Shown here: positions 7,040 through 18,227 of the stretch, one piece after another
Layout: every line of letters begins with the position of its first letter
Numbering within the stretch: position 1 is the first letter of the stretch
Assembly: GCA_049585595.1 (NCBI GenBank)
Contig: JBAVAG010000023.1
Location: forward strand, 2,135-66,134
Length of the DNA: 64,000 bases
Source of the DNA: Desulfobaccales bacterium
GTDB lineage: Bacteria > Desulfobacterota > Desulfobaccia > Desulfobaccales > 0-14-0-80-60-11
Reading direction: 5' to 3'
Position numbers and translations under genes: made by a program
The notes under the pieces: generated by a model
The model's database searches: none
What the model saw: only the letters and a program-made list of their open reading frames with translations
What the model was told of the DNA's origin: nothing

Positions 7040-8422
7040 CTATTTGGGACGGTTATCCACCACCCGCTGGGCCTTGCCTTCGCTGCGAGGCAGGCTGTGG
7101 GGCTCCACCAGTTCCACCCGGGGAGTCACCAGGAGCTCGCTCCTCAGGGCCTCAGTGATGCGTTTCTTCAGGCTGCCCAAGTACTTGAGGTCTTCCTGGA
7201 AAAAATTGGCCTGCACTTCCACCTTGACGTGCAGCAGGTCGCTAAAATCCTCCCGGGTCACCTCCACCACGTAGTGGCTGCCCACTTCCGGCATGGCCAT
7301 CAGCACCCGGTCGATCTGCAGGGGAAAGATATTGACCCCTTTGACGATGAGCATGTCGTCGGTGCGGCCCTGGATGCGGGAAAGACGCCTGCAGGCCCGG
7401 CCGCAGGGGCAGGGGTCCTCTTCATAGGAAGCCAGGTCCCGGGTGCGGTAACGCAGCAGAGGCATACCCTCGCGGCTGAGGTTGGTGAATACCAGCTCCC
7501 CCGTCTCCCCGGGCCCCAGGGGCTTAAGTGTCTGGGGGTCCACCACTTCCAGCAGGAAGGCGTCCTCCCAGAGGTGCATGCCGTTCTGTTCCGGGCATTC
7601 GAAGGCCACCCCCGGGCCGTTCATCTCCGAGAGGCCATAGGAGTTATAGGCCTTGAGGCCATAGGCCGTCTCGATGCGCTGCCGCATATGCTCCGAATGG
7701 GGTTCGGCCCCGATGAAGGCGATCCTCAGGGGAAGATCCCGAGGGTCCAGACCGTGCTCGGCGAAACTTTTCAAAAGATAGAGGGCGAAGCTGGGGATGA
7801 TATGGATGACGGTGGCCCCGAACTGCTGCAGGAGTTGGATCTGGCGGGCGCTGTTTCCGGCGCCGGCCGGAATGGTGAGGGCCCCCAGCCGCTCGCCGCC
7901 GTAGTGGAACCCCAAGCCCCCGGTGAAGAGGCCGTAGCCCATCATATTCTGGAAGACGTCTCCCGGCCGCACCCCGGTCATATACATGGAGCGGGCCACC
8001 AGATCGGCCCAGGTCTCGATATCCCGGCGGGTGTAATAGATCACGGTGGCCTGGCCGGTGGTGCCCGAAGAGGCGTGCAGCCTGATGATTTCCTTTTGGG
8101 GGACGCTTAGCAGGTCCCGGCCCCGGGCCCGCAGGTCCTCCTTCTCGGTGAAGGGAATCCGGCGAATATCGTTAAGGCTCTTGATCGATTCGGCGCTCAC
8201 CCCGGCCTGGGCCAAGCGTTCCCCATAGAAGGGGCTCTTGACCGCCCGGCTGACCGTCTGCCGCAGTCGCTGGAGCTGCAGTTCCTGCAAAGCGGGGCGC
8301 TTGAGGGTCTCAATGGTCCGGTCCCAATACACTGGCTTCTCTCCATCGTCGGGTTGCCGCTGCGCTGGGGCGGGCAGCGCCCACCCTTCCCATTCTGCTT
8401 GGTAAGAGTTGGCGCCCTTCAT
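7040..8422 (-). CDS. paaK: Phenylacetate-CoA ligase family adenylating enzyme (PaaK / F390-synthetase-like)
   Basis: 460 aa. Contains ...YWDRTIETLKRPALQELQLQRLRQTV...IPFTEKEDLR...HASSGTTGQATVIYYTRRDIETWADLVARS..., typical of the PaaK subfamily of ANL enzymes. Confidence 0.8.
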   Translation of the reverse strand: MKGANSYQAEWEGWALPAPAQRQPDDGEKPVYWDRTIETLKRPALQELQLQRLRQTVSRAVKSPFYGERLAQAGVSAESIKSLNDIRRIPFTEKEDLRARGRDLLSVPQKEIIRLHASSGTTGQATVIYYTRRDIETWADLVARSMYMTGVRPGDVFQNMMGYGLFTGGLGFHYGGERLGALTIPAGAGNSARQIQLLQQFGATVIHIIPSFALYLLKSFAEHGLDPRDLPLRIAFIGAEPHSEHMRQRIETAYGLKAYNSYGLSEMNGPGVAFECPEQNGMHLWEDAFLLEVVDPQTLKPLGPGETGELVFTNLSREGMPLLRYRTRDLASYEEDPCPCGRACRRLSRIQGRTDDMLIVKGVNIFPLQIDRVLMAMPEVGSHYVVEVTREDFSDLLHVKVEVQANFFQEDLKYLGSLKKRITEALRSELLVTPRVELVEPHSLPRSEGKAQRVVDNRPK

Positions 8423-8506
8423 GTTTTATGCGCAGGGAGTCTTTCTGTCAAGACGGTCCTGCCTCCGATTCCGCCTTGCCAACGCCCGGGAAACTTCCTA
8501 TCATAA

Positions 8507-10551
<2,045 letters not shown>

Positions 10552-10552
<1 letters not shown>

Positions 10553-10833
10553 TGGCGGATAAGGCGCGGCTCCATGTCCTGATAGAGGGCCGGGTCCAGG
10601 GGGTCTACTTCCGGGCCGCCACCCGGGACGAGGCCAGGGCCCTGGGTCTGGCGGGCTGGGTCAGGAACCTGGCGGATGGCCGGGTGGAGGCCCTCTTCGA
10701 GGGCGAGCGGCCAGCGCTGGAGAAGATGCTGGCCTGGTGCCGCCAGGGCCCGCAATATGCTTATGTGGTTCGCCTGGAGGAGGAGTGGCAGCCCCACCTG
10801 GGGGACCTGGCGGATTTTCTCATGGTTTATTAA
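10552..10833 (+). CDS. acyP: Acylphosphatase
   Basis: Motif [37 protein letters not shown]. The ATG overlaps the ligA TGA (TGATG), with AGGAGA SD 5 nt upstream. The ORF track starts 3 nt earlier at a GTG. Confidence 0.85.
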
Positions 10834-10970
10834 AGAGGTAAACGCAGACACAGGCGAGGGGCCTAGGCTACCATGTAGCCCAGATTCAGTTCACAGAGGC
10901 CAGAGGCCTAGGCTACCAGGCAGCCCAGGCCTCCCGTGAGCACGAAATCGGCATTAGCGGTGGAGGGAAT

Positions 10971-11438
10971 ATGCCGGAACAAGAAAAGGCGCCTGCCCCG
11001 GAGCATATCCTGGTTCCCTGCGGCCGGGCCTTTTTTGTCTATTATGTGGCTATGGTCATCTTCCTGTTGGGACCTCGGCTCAACCCCAATGTCCGCATTT
11101 TCGGGAATTTTCATTTTTCCCCGGCGGTGGGCACGCTCCTGGGACTGGCCCTCGCCGCCCTGGTGGTCTATCTGAAGTTGGGCCGGGAATACCGCATCAG
11201 CCAGCAGGGACTGGCAACGCAATGGCGCTGGCGGTCGCCCCGGCAACAGGAAATCACCTGGGAGGACCTGGGAGACATCCGGCTGCGCCGGGGGCTCACC
11301 CAATCGCTGCTGCGGGTGGGCAATCTCGTCATCGAGGACAAAACCGGCGGGCCGGAGCTGTTCTGGTACGGGCTGGCAAACCCCAAGGAAGTTCAGGAGG
11401 AAATCGAAAGGAGACGCCAGAGGCGCCAAATCAGTTAG
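10971..11438 (+). CDS. Membrane protein with bacterial PH (bPH_2 / YdbS-like) domain
   Basis: 155 aa. Two TM helices followed by ...EITWEDLGDIRLRRGLTQSLLRVGNLVIEDKTG..., typical of the DUF304/bPH_2 fold. SD GGAGGG. Confidence 0.6.
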   Translation: MPEQEKAPAPEHILVPCGRAFFVYYVAMVIFLLGPRLNPNVRIFGNFHFSPAVGTLLGLALAALVVYLKLGREYRISQQGLATQWRWRSPRQQEITWEDLGDIRLRRGLTQSLLRVGNLVIEDKTGGPELFWYGLANPKEVQEEIERRRQRRQIS

Positions 11439-11493
11439 AATATCTCCGCTAGGGCGCTTGCCCTTGACCTTGCCTTTGTTCTTCACTGATCAT

Positions 11494-12112
11494 GTAGGGT
11501 GGGCACTGCCCACCAATTCCTTTAAAAAATGCCCACTTACCTGAGATCAAAAACACCGGGCGGCACCTTTTTCTTTACGGTGGTCACCTTTCAAAGAAGG
11601 AGATTATTTGACAATCCGAAAAATCCGGAAATATTAAATAACATCATCACCGAAGTCATGAACGAATATCCATTCACCCTGGACGCCTGGGTTTTATTGC
11701 CCGACCATCTGCATTGTCTCTGGACCCTGCCGGCGAATGAGATGGATTATTCCAAACGCTGGGGGTTGATCAAGGCAAGATTCACCAAGGCAATAGTTCC
11801 AAAGGCCGGCAAGTCCGCCCTTCTCACCGGCTCTAGAATCCGCCACGGGGAGAGCACTATCTGGCAACGGCGCTTCTGGGACCACCAGATTCGCGATGAA
11901 CGGGATTTGCGGATACATCTAGACTATATTCATTACAACCCGGTGAAGCATGGATTGGTGAATGCGCCGGCGAAGTGGCCCCATTCCAGCTTCCGGGAAT
12001 TTGTCCGCCGTAATCTTTATCCAGTTAATTGGGGTGAAAATATCAATCTCAACTTTGATTCGGATTTTGGCGAATAAATTATTAAGGAATTGGTGGGCAG
12101 TGCCCACCCTAC
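11494..12112 (+). mobile_element. RAYT locus: REP-associated tyrosine transposase gene bracketed by inverted REPs
   Basis: Perfect 29-bp terminal inverted repeats GTAGGGTGGGCACTGCCCACCAATTCCTT at 11494-11522 and, reverse-complemented, at 12084-12112. They enclose a single IS200/Y1-like transposase ORF. Confidence 0.85.
11529..12077 (+). CDS. REP-associated tyrosine transposase (RAYT, IS200-like Y1 HUH transposase)
   Basis: 182 aa. HUH motif LPDHLHCLW and catalytic-Tyr region LDYIHYNPVKHGLV. N-terminus TPGGTFFFTVVTFQRR is typical of RAYTs. Confidence 0.85.
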   Translation: MPTYLRSKTPGGTFFFTVVTFQRRRLFDNPKNPEILNNIITEVMNEYPFTLDAWVLLPDHLHCLWTLPANEMDYSKRWGLIKARFTKAIVPKAGKSALLTGSRIRHGESTIWQRRFWDHQIRDERDLRIHLDYIHYNPVKHGLVNAPAKWPHSSFREFVRRNLYPVNWGENINLNFDSDFGE

Positions 12113-12196
12113 ATAAGTCTATCTGGCAGGTTTGGAGGGGGCGCTGTCTTAACAATTTCCTCACAGGAAACAGGAAACTAATAACAGAAAACCGCC

Positions 12197-12478
12197 TTAA
12201 CTCAAAGGACCCGGCATCTCCGGGCCTAGTTGGGGCGGCTCTTCCCGGTCCGGCGCCTGGGCGGCCCGGCGCCGCTTATTTCTGGCCCGGAAGGCGTGGC
12301 CCACCCAGCCCAGCACCAGCCCCACCACTACGCTGGCGTAAGCCAGGAAATAAGTGGGCGCCTGCCCCAGGGTGAATCCGAAGAGTTTCAGATCCTGGGT
12401 CGAACCGCGGTTCTCCAGGGCGAAGTCCACCACGACCGCGAGCAGGATGACGAACAGGACAGCTTTGAGTTTATTCAT
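12197..12478 (-). CDS. LapA-domain (DUF1049) small membrane protein
   Basis: 93 aa with two TM helices (AVLFVILLAVVVDFAL; TYFLAYASVVVGLVLGWV) and a basic tail. Start overlaps the response-regulator stop by 4 nt. Confidence 0.55.
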   Translation of the reverse strand: MNKLKAVLFVILLAVVVDFALENRGSTQDLKLFGFTLGQAPTYFLAYASVVVGLVLGWVGHAFRARNKRRRAAQAPDREEPPQLGPEMPGPLS

Positions 12479-12849
12479 GCGGGCCTCTCTTCGCTCTGTT
12501 CTTTCAGGTGGCGCCTAACCACCGCTTTAAGATCTTCCAGGTCCGAGGATTTTACCAGATAATCATCCGAGGCCCAGGTGGCGAAATCCTGGCGGTATTC
12601 GCCGTAGGCGGTGCTGAGCACCACCGGCAGGTCCGGCCGCTTCTCCTTGATTTGCCTGAGGGCTTCGATGCCGTCCATCTCCGGCATCTTGATATCCAGG
12701 ATCACCAGGTCCAGGGGGATCTTGTCCACCACTTCCAGGGCTTCCCTCCCATTGCTGGCCATGTAGACCTCATAGCCTTCCTCTTTCAGTTCTTCGCTGT
12801 ATAGGAGGCGAATGCTCATTTCATCGTCAGCCACCAGGATCTTTTTCAT
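12475..12849 (-). CDS. Single-domain response regulator (CheY-like receiver)
   Basis: MKKILVADDEMSIRLL...DLVILDIKMPEMDGIEAL...VVLSTAYG. Start chosen at MKK (ATGA overlap with the kinase stop); the track ORF extends 24 codons further upstream. Confidence 0.85.
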   Translation of the reverse strand: MKKILVADDEMSIRLLYSEELKEEGYEVYMASNGREALEVVDKIPLDLVILDIKMPEMDGIEALRQIKEKRPDLPVVLSTAYGEYRQDFATWASDDYLVKSSDLEDLKAVVRRHLKEQSEERPA

Positions 12850-15203
12850 CGCCGTCCTCCACTGGATGTCATCGAGTCGCCCTCCGAAACCCCCTCCTGA
12901 GCAGCCTCCTTCACCAGACAATATTTGGCCACCGGAAGGGTCAGGATGAAGGTCACCCCTTTGCCCATTTCGTTATTGACCTCTATCTGGCCGTAGTGCC
13001 GGGAAACGATGCGCTGGGCGATGGCCAGCCCCAGGCCGGTGCCGTAGTCTTTGGTGGAGAAAAACGGGTTGAAGATATTGTGGAGCACCTCCAGGGGAAT
13101 GCCGCCGCCGGTGTCGCTGATGGCCACCGCTTCGTAGAGGCCGTCGGCGCGTTCCAACTGATGGGTGCGGATGGTCAGGGTGCCGCCGTGGGGCATGGCC
13201 TGGACGGCGTTCTGCAGGAGATTATAAAAGACCGTTTTTAACTGCCGGTCATCGCAATGAAGCCGGGGCATGGGGGCGAATTCCTTGACCACATTGATCT
13301 TGCCCGCGTCCAGGTCCCGCTGCACCAGGACCAAGGTGTCTTCGATAAGCTTGGAAAGTTCGTAATCCCCGTAGTAGGAGAGGCTTTCTTCCCCGGTGAA
13401 ATCGAGTATCTCCCGCAAGAGCTTCTCCAGGCGGCTCACTTCCTCCTGGATGACCTCCACGTAGCCCCGCAGGGGGGAGTCGGGTTCCACCAGCTTGCCG
13501 ATGCGCCGGGCGAAGCCGCCGATGGACACCAGGGGATTGCGAATTTCGTGAGCCATGCCGGAGGCCAGGCTGCTCAAGGCCGCCATCCGGTCCGATTCCA
13601 GCATCCTTTCCCGGATGAGGAGCAACTCCCGATTGTTGGCTTCGATGGTGGAATAGAGGTGGGCGTTTTCCAGGACCAGGGCCACCTCGTTGGAAAACAT
13701 CTGCAACACGTGCAGGGGCTCCGCCTCCAGGGGGTGCCCGGAATCCTGGTTGTCCACCGCGATCACCCCGGTGGCCCGGTCTTTCACCACCAGAGGGACG
13801 GCGAAGAATTCTCCCGGTCCATATTTACCCGACAGGGAAGCGGGCAAGCCGGGGGCCTTGCCGCGGTAATGGAAGGGCTGTTTCCGGAGCACCGCCAGGG
13901 CCAGGGGACCCTGGTCGGGCCGCAGGGGGATCTCCCAATCATCCACCGCAACGGGTGCAGGCGGCGGCGCCAGCAGCGCCCGGAAACCCGGGGACGCCCC
14001 ATCGACCCGGCGGGCCCCTTTGATCCCTTTCAGGGTCTGGGTCTCTTCATCCACCATGAAGACGATGGCCCGGGCAAAGCCCAACCCCTGCTCCAGGGTC
14101 AGCCCCTGGAGGATGATCTCCAGCAGCCGGTCCTGCTGCACGGTGGAGAGCAAGACCTGGGAGATTTCCTGCAGGGTGGTAAGGTTCCGCACCATGCGCT
14201 CGTTTTTCTCGGCCAGGCTCTCCACCTGCTGGTAAGTGAGGGCGTTTTCGATGGCGTTGACCACCAGCCCGGCCATAGTATAGAGAAGCTGGCGGTTTTC
14301 CGGATCGAAGGAAGCGAATTGGCCGCCGGGGACCACTTTGTCATAGACGCACACGGTACCCCGAAGCGGCCCCTTGAAGGTCAGGGGCACCGCCAGGTAA
14401 TAGTGGGTGCGGCCATCGGCGTTAGGGGCCTGCCCTTCCATGTAGTCGGGCCGCCCGGCCCCGCCGCCTTCAGGCGGGTACAGGGAGAAGGGCAGGCATT
14501 CATGCGGGATGTTGCCGTAGCGCGAAGAGACCCTGATCTCCCCGCTGGCGCTGTCAATGATGTCCAGGGCCGCACCCCGGGCGGTGATCACCTTGGCGGT
14601 GGTGCTGACGATACGCTCCAACAGTTCATCCAGCTCCACCGTGGAGCTAAGGGCCTTGCCCACCTCGAAGAGCACAGACAGTTCGGCGATGCGCTTCTTG
14701 GCGTCTTCCTGGACGATGGCCTGGCGCAGGGTACCCGCCAGCATCAGGCAAACGAGTTGAATGTTCTGGCGCTCCACCGGGGTGATGGGCCGATCTTCCC
14801 GGTCCATCAGCAGTAAAACGCCATAGAGGAAATTGTCGTCGGCCACCGGGAAGGCGGCCAGGGTTTGGTAAGCGGGAGCTACCTTCTCCAGGACGGCGTT
14901 GGCCTCGGCGACCCCCGGCTGCTGGCGGCGGGCCACCCGGAGCTTGCGGCTGGCGGCCGTCTCCCCTACCAAACCTACTCCCATCGCGAATTCCAGGCGC
15001 TGCTGCGGCGCCACGGGTCCCTGGCTGCTAATATTCAGAACCAGGGTCTCCCTGGCCTTATCGAGACCAAAATAGAGGGCCAGGTCCAAATTCTGGTGGC
15101 GGGCCAGAAGATGGACCATATTGTTGAGCCGTTCCCCAAAACTGACGGTGGAAGTGAACACCTCCACCATCTGGGTCAAAAAGGCAGCGCGCTCTGAAAT
15201 CAT
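12846..15203 (-). CDS. Multi-GAF sensor histidine kinase
   Basis: 785 aa. Repeated GAF-like segments, HisKA H-box (SLASGMAHEIRNPL), and HATPase N/G boxes (LLQNAVQAM; DTGGGIP; GTGLGLAIA). Confidence 0.85.
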   Translation of the reverse strand: MISERAAFLTQMVEVFTSTVSFGERLNNMVHLLARHQNLDLALYFGLDKARETLVLNISSQGPVAPQQRLEFAMGVGLVGETAASRKLRVARRQQPGVAEANAVLEKVAPAYQTLAAFPVADDNFLYGVLLLMDREDRPITPVERQNIQLVCLMLAGTLRQAIVQEDAKKRIAELSVLFEVGKALSSTVELDELLERIVSTTAKVITARGAALDIIDSASGEIRVSSRYGNIPHECLPFSLYPPEGGGAGRPDYMEGQAPNADGRTHYYLAVPLTFKGPLRGTVCVYDKVVPGGQFASFDPENRQLLYTMAGLVVNAIENALTYQQVESLAEKNERMVRNLTTLQEISQVLLSTVQQDRLLEIILQGLTLEQGLGFARAIVFMVDEETQTLKGIKGARRVDGASPGFRALLAPPPAPVAVDDWEIPLRPDQGPLALAVLRKQPFHYRGKAPGLPASLSGKYGPGEFFAVPLVVKDRATGVIAVDNQDSGHPLEAEPLHVLQMFSNEVALVLENAHLYSTIEANNRELLLIRERMLESDRMAALSSLASGMAHEIRNPLVSIGGFARRIGKLVEPDSPLRGYVEVIQEEVSRLEKLLREILDFTGEESLSYYGDYELSKLIEDTLVLVQRDLDAGKINVVKEFAPMPRLHCDDRQLKTVFYNLLQNAVQAMPHGGTLTIRTHQLERADGLYEAVAISDTGGGIPLEVLHNIFNPFFSTKDYGTGLGLAIAQRIVSRHYGQIEVNNEMGKGVTFILTLPVAKYCLVKEAAQEGVSEGDSMTSSGGRR

Positions 15204-15209
15204 GGAAAT

Positions 15210-16682
15210 TTACCCCTTTAACAAGCGCTGCCGTTTTTCCACGGCGAGACGGTATAGCTCAACATACTTGGGGCCCGCGGTATTGATCCAGGAATAATCG
15301 ACCGCCATGACCTGCCGCATCAACGCCTCCCAGGCCGGGGTGTCCGAATAAAGGGCCAAGGCCCGTCGTACTGCAGCCATGAATTCCGACGGGGTATAGC
15401 CCGAGAACTTAAAGCCGGAGCCTTTTACGCTTTGGGGATCGTATTCCTGGATCGTCTCATCTAGCCCGCCGGTGGCCCGCACCACCGGAATGGTGCCATA
15501 GCGCAGACAGTAGAGCTGGTCCAGCCCACAGGGCTCGAAGCGGGAGGGCATGAGAAAGATGTCGGATCCCGCGATGATCTGGTGGGTCAGTTCCGCCGAG
15601 TACCCGATATCGAGGCCCATCTTCCCGGGATGGCGGTTGGCGATCTCCTGGAGCAGATATTGGTGGCGCTCCTCCCCGGTACCCTGGATAACGAAGCCCA
15701 TCGGCAGCGCCATCAAATCATCCAGGATTTGCTCCACCAGGTCGATGCCCTTGCGTTCGAAAAACCGCGTAGTCATGCCCACTAAGGGCTGTCCCGGCTT
15801 CAGGTTCAGGCCGAACCGCTTTTCCACCGCGATCTTGCAGGCCTTTTTTCCCTCCAGGTGCTCCCGGTCGTAGGGAGCCACTAAAAAGGCATCGTGGCCG
15901 GGGTCCCAGCGGAGATAGTCGACCCCTTCCAGGATGCCGTAAAGCTCCCGGGACCGTTCCCTAAAGAGGCCCTCCAGTCCAAAACCAAATTCCGAAGTCT
16001 GGATCTCTTCCCGGTACTTGTTGCTCACGGTATTGAGGAGATCGGCGAACACCAAACCGCCTTTCATAAAATTGAGGTGGCCATAAAACTCCAGGGCCTT
16101 GGGGGAGAGCAGCTCCCACCCCAGGCCGGTGAGAGGCAGGTCATAGGAAGAAAAAAGGCCCTGGTAGCCCACGTTATGGACCGTGTAAACCGTGGCCAGC
16201 CGCGAGAGCCGCGGCCGGTCGGCATAAAGGGTTCGCAGATAGACGGGCACCAGGCCGGTCTGCCATTCATGGCAATGGCAGACGTCGCTATCCATCTTCA
16301 GCTCTTCTACCATTTCCACCACCGCCCGGCTGAAGAAGATGAAGCGCTCCGCATTATCCTCGAAATTGCCGTAAGGGGTGCCGTAGAGGCCATCCCGATT
16401 AAACAGGGCGTCCTGGGCGATGAAGTAGAACTTAAGATGGGGCTCCGTCTCTGCGGTAAAGATCTGGGCCGGCAAAGTTTTCCAGGAGAGCGGAATTGAG
16501 AGGGTGTGGCCCGTGTCGGTGAGAACGCGGCCCGATTCCTGAACCTGGCGGTAGAGGGGCAGCACCACATCAACCTCGTGTCCCAGGGTCACCAGGGACT
16601 GGGCCAGGGCATGGATCACTTCCGCCAAGCCGCCGCTGTGGGCGAAGGGATTGGCTTCCGGGGTAACCATCAGGATACGCAT
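15210..16682 (-). CDS. glgA: Glycogen synthase (ADP-glucose type)
   Basis: 490 aa. N-terminus MRILMVTPEANPFAHSGGLAEV (KxGGL-type motif variant). GT5 core and C-terminal ...PSRFEPCGLDQLYCLRYGTIPVVRATGGL. Confidence 0.9.
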   Translation of the reverse strand: MRILMVTPEANPFAHSGGLAEVIHALAQSLVTLGHEVDVVLPLYRQVQESGRVLTDTGHTLSIPLSWKTLPAQIFTAETEPHLKFYFIAQDALFNRDGLYGTPYGNFEDNAERFIFFSRAVVEMVEELKMDSDVCHCHEWQTGLVPVYLRTLYADRPRLSRLATVYTVHNVGYQGLFSSYDLPLTGLGWELLSPKALEFYGHLNFMKGGLVFADLLNTVSNKYREEIQTSEFGFGLEGLFRERSRELYGILEGVDYLRWDPGHDAFLVAPYDREHLEGKKACKIAVEKRFGLNLKPGQPLVGMTTRFFERKGIDLVEQILDDLMALPMGFVIQGTGEERHQYLLQEIANRHPGKMGLDIGYSAELTHQIIAGSDIFLMPSRFEPCGLDQLYCLRYGTIPVVRATGGLDETIQEYDPQSVKGSGFKFSGYTPSEFMAAVRRALALYSDTPAWEALMRQVMAVDYSWINTAGPKYVELYRLAVEKRQRLLKG

Positions 16683-16699
16683 CTGTTATCCCTCTCAGG

Positions 16700-17698
16700 T
16701 CACAGCTTCAGCTCGCGGAGATACTGGGCTGCATCTTCCGGAGGCGTAGGATTGATGTAAAACCCCGAGCCCCACTCGAAACCGGCGATCAGAGTAAGCT
16801 TGGGCACGATCTCGAAATGCCAGTGGTAATGGGCCAATTCCGGCTCGCCGATGGGCGAGGTGTGCAGAATAAAATTGTAAGGAACCTTCCCCAGTGCCTT
16901 TTCCAGGCCTTTCAGAGTCTTGGAAAAGACCTCGGCCAGCAGGCGGCAGGAGCCTTCCTGCAAATCGACGTAAGAGGACTGATGAGCCTTGGGCAGGATC
17001 CAGATCTCAAAGGGAGAGCGGGGAGCAAATGGACAGATCGCCACAAATTCGCTGTTTTCCAGGACCACCCGCACCTCCTGGCCCAATTCCTGGCGGACCA
17101 TGTCGCAAAAGACGCAGCGCTCTTTGTAGTTATAATAGAATTTGCCGCCGCTCAGCTCCTCCATTACCAATTCCGGGACGATGGGGAGGCCGATGAGCTG
17201 GCTGTGGCTGTGTTCCAGAGAGGCCCCGGCGGCTCGCCCCTGGTTCTTGAAGATCAGGACATATTTGAAGCGGGGGTCCTCACTCAGGGAAGCGATCCGG
17301 TCCCGGTAGGCGGTGAGCACCCGGATGAAACCTTCCAGGGGAATGGTGGCCAGGGTTACCAAATGATCAGGGCTTTCGATGATGACTTCGTGGGTCCCGA
17401 CCCCGCTCATCTTGTCGAACATGCCTTCGCCTCGCCGTTCCAATATCGACTCCATGGATAGGGCCGGGAATTTGTTGTTCACCACCCTCAGCAGCCAGCC
17501 CGGGGTGTTGGGCGCACTGCCATCTTCACGATATGACAGGATTTCCGGAGGAGTGGTGTGTTCATTGCCCGGATCGAAGGGGCAAAAACCGCCCTTGGTC
17601 ACCTCCGGTTCCACCACAAAGTCGTGGGGGCGCTTGCCGCGTTCGGTGGAGATGATCACCCAGCGGCCGATTATGGGGTCTTTACGGAGTTCCGGCAT
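16700..17698 (-). CDS. galT: Galactose-1-phosphate uridylyltransferase-family (HIT superfamily) nucleotidyltransferase
   Basis: 332 aa. N-terminus LRKDPIIGRWVIISTERGKRPHDF, Zn-site CPFDPGNEH, active-site HSHSQL. Confidence 0.8.
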   Translation of the reverse strand: MPELRKDPIIGRWVIISTERGKRPHDFVVEPEVTKGGFCPFDPGNEHTTPPEILSYREDGSAPNTPGWLLRVVNNKFPALSMESILERRGEGMFDKMSGVGTHEVIIESPDHLVTLATIPLEGFIRVLTAYRDRIASLSEDPRFKYVLIFKNQGRAAGASLEHSHSQLIGLPIVPELVMEELSGGKFYYNYKERCVFCDMVRQELGQEVRVVLENSEFVAICPFAPRSPFEIWILPKAHQSSYVDLQEGSCRLLAEVFSKTLKGLEKALGKVPYNFILHTSPIGEPELAHYHWHFEIVPKLTLIAGFEWGSGFYINPTPPEDAAQYLRELKL

Positions 17699-17888
17699 CT
17701 AGTATTGTGTCCCACGAAAAAGTTGCATAAATGCTTTTCCTTTTTCCCTCCCCCTTGAGGGGGGAGGGTCAGGGTGGGGGTGGCAATTTATCTTTCATTT
17801 ACCTGTTGCCACCCTCCCACCCCCCCCTCTCAGGGAGGGGGGTTTATCTCAAATCTTTTGTTAAGATAATTGTGGGACATAACACTAG
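17699..17888. repeat. MITE-like 190-bp element with 17-bp terminal inverted repeats
   Basis: CTAGTATTGTGTCCCAC (17699-17715) versus the reverse complement of gtgggacataacactag (17872-17888), with 15/17 identity. Interior carries CCCTCCCCC..GGGGGGAGGG hairpins. Confidence 0.5.
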
Positions 17889-18063
17889 TTCACCTGCAAA
17901 ATCCCGCGTTTTAGCCCAAGGGACCTCCCACCTATTCTGGCGTCAAAGTCCGGCAGCAAATGCCCCCCAGTATACTTCCCAGCGGGAATTTTGCAAACGC
18001 ATTCGTCTCACGTGCGTCACCTGTCGCCAATCTTTCACTTCGTTCAGGATGACACCTTTTCTG

Positions 18064-18124
18064 GTAGCCGCAGGCGTAGGGGCGGGGTTTCCCCGCCCTG
18101 GGCGGCGAGACGCGGCCCCCACAG
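18064..18124. repeat. REP (GTAGCCGCAGGC-GTAGGGGCGGGGTTTCCCCGCCC-TGGGCGGCGAGACGCGGCC type)
   Basis: Double-hairpin GC palindrome. Near-identical copies at 18474-18544 and 35730-35776. Confidence 0.65.
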
Positions 18125-18227
18125 GCATCCGTTCTTTAGAAGATAAAGTCTCCGGCCGCCCTTGTCCAGGGGATTGGGGATTGTGAAGCCGCGGCCGCGG
18201 CTACGGGGAAAATCGGGGCCGGCAAGA

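Noticed and set aside
7097-8110. 337-aa plus-strand ORF
   Set aside because: It is antisense to the well-supported PaaK-family gene. Its composition (H/G/P/A-rich, no motifs) is typical of high-GC antisense frames.
13257-14816. 519-aa plus-strand ORF
   Set aside because: It is antisense to the GAF histidine kinase. No motifs and no RBS.
17731-18186. 151-aa plus-strand ORF (SPLRGEGQGGG...)
   Set aside because: It is built entirely from the MITE-like element, G-rich hairpins and a REP. There is no coding signal.
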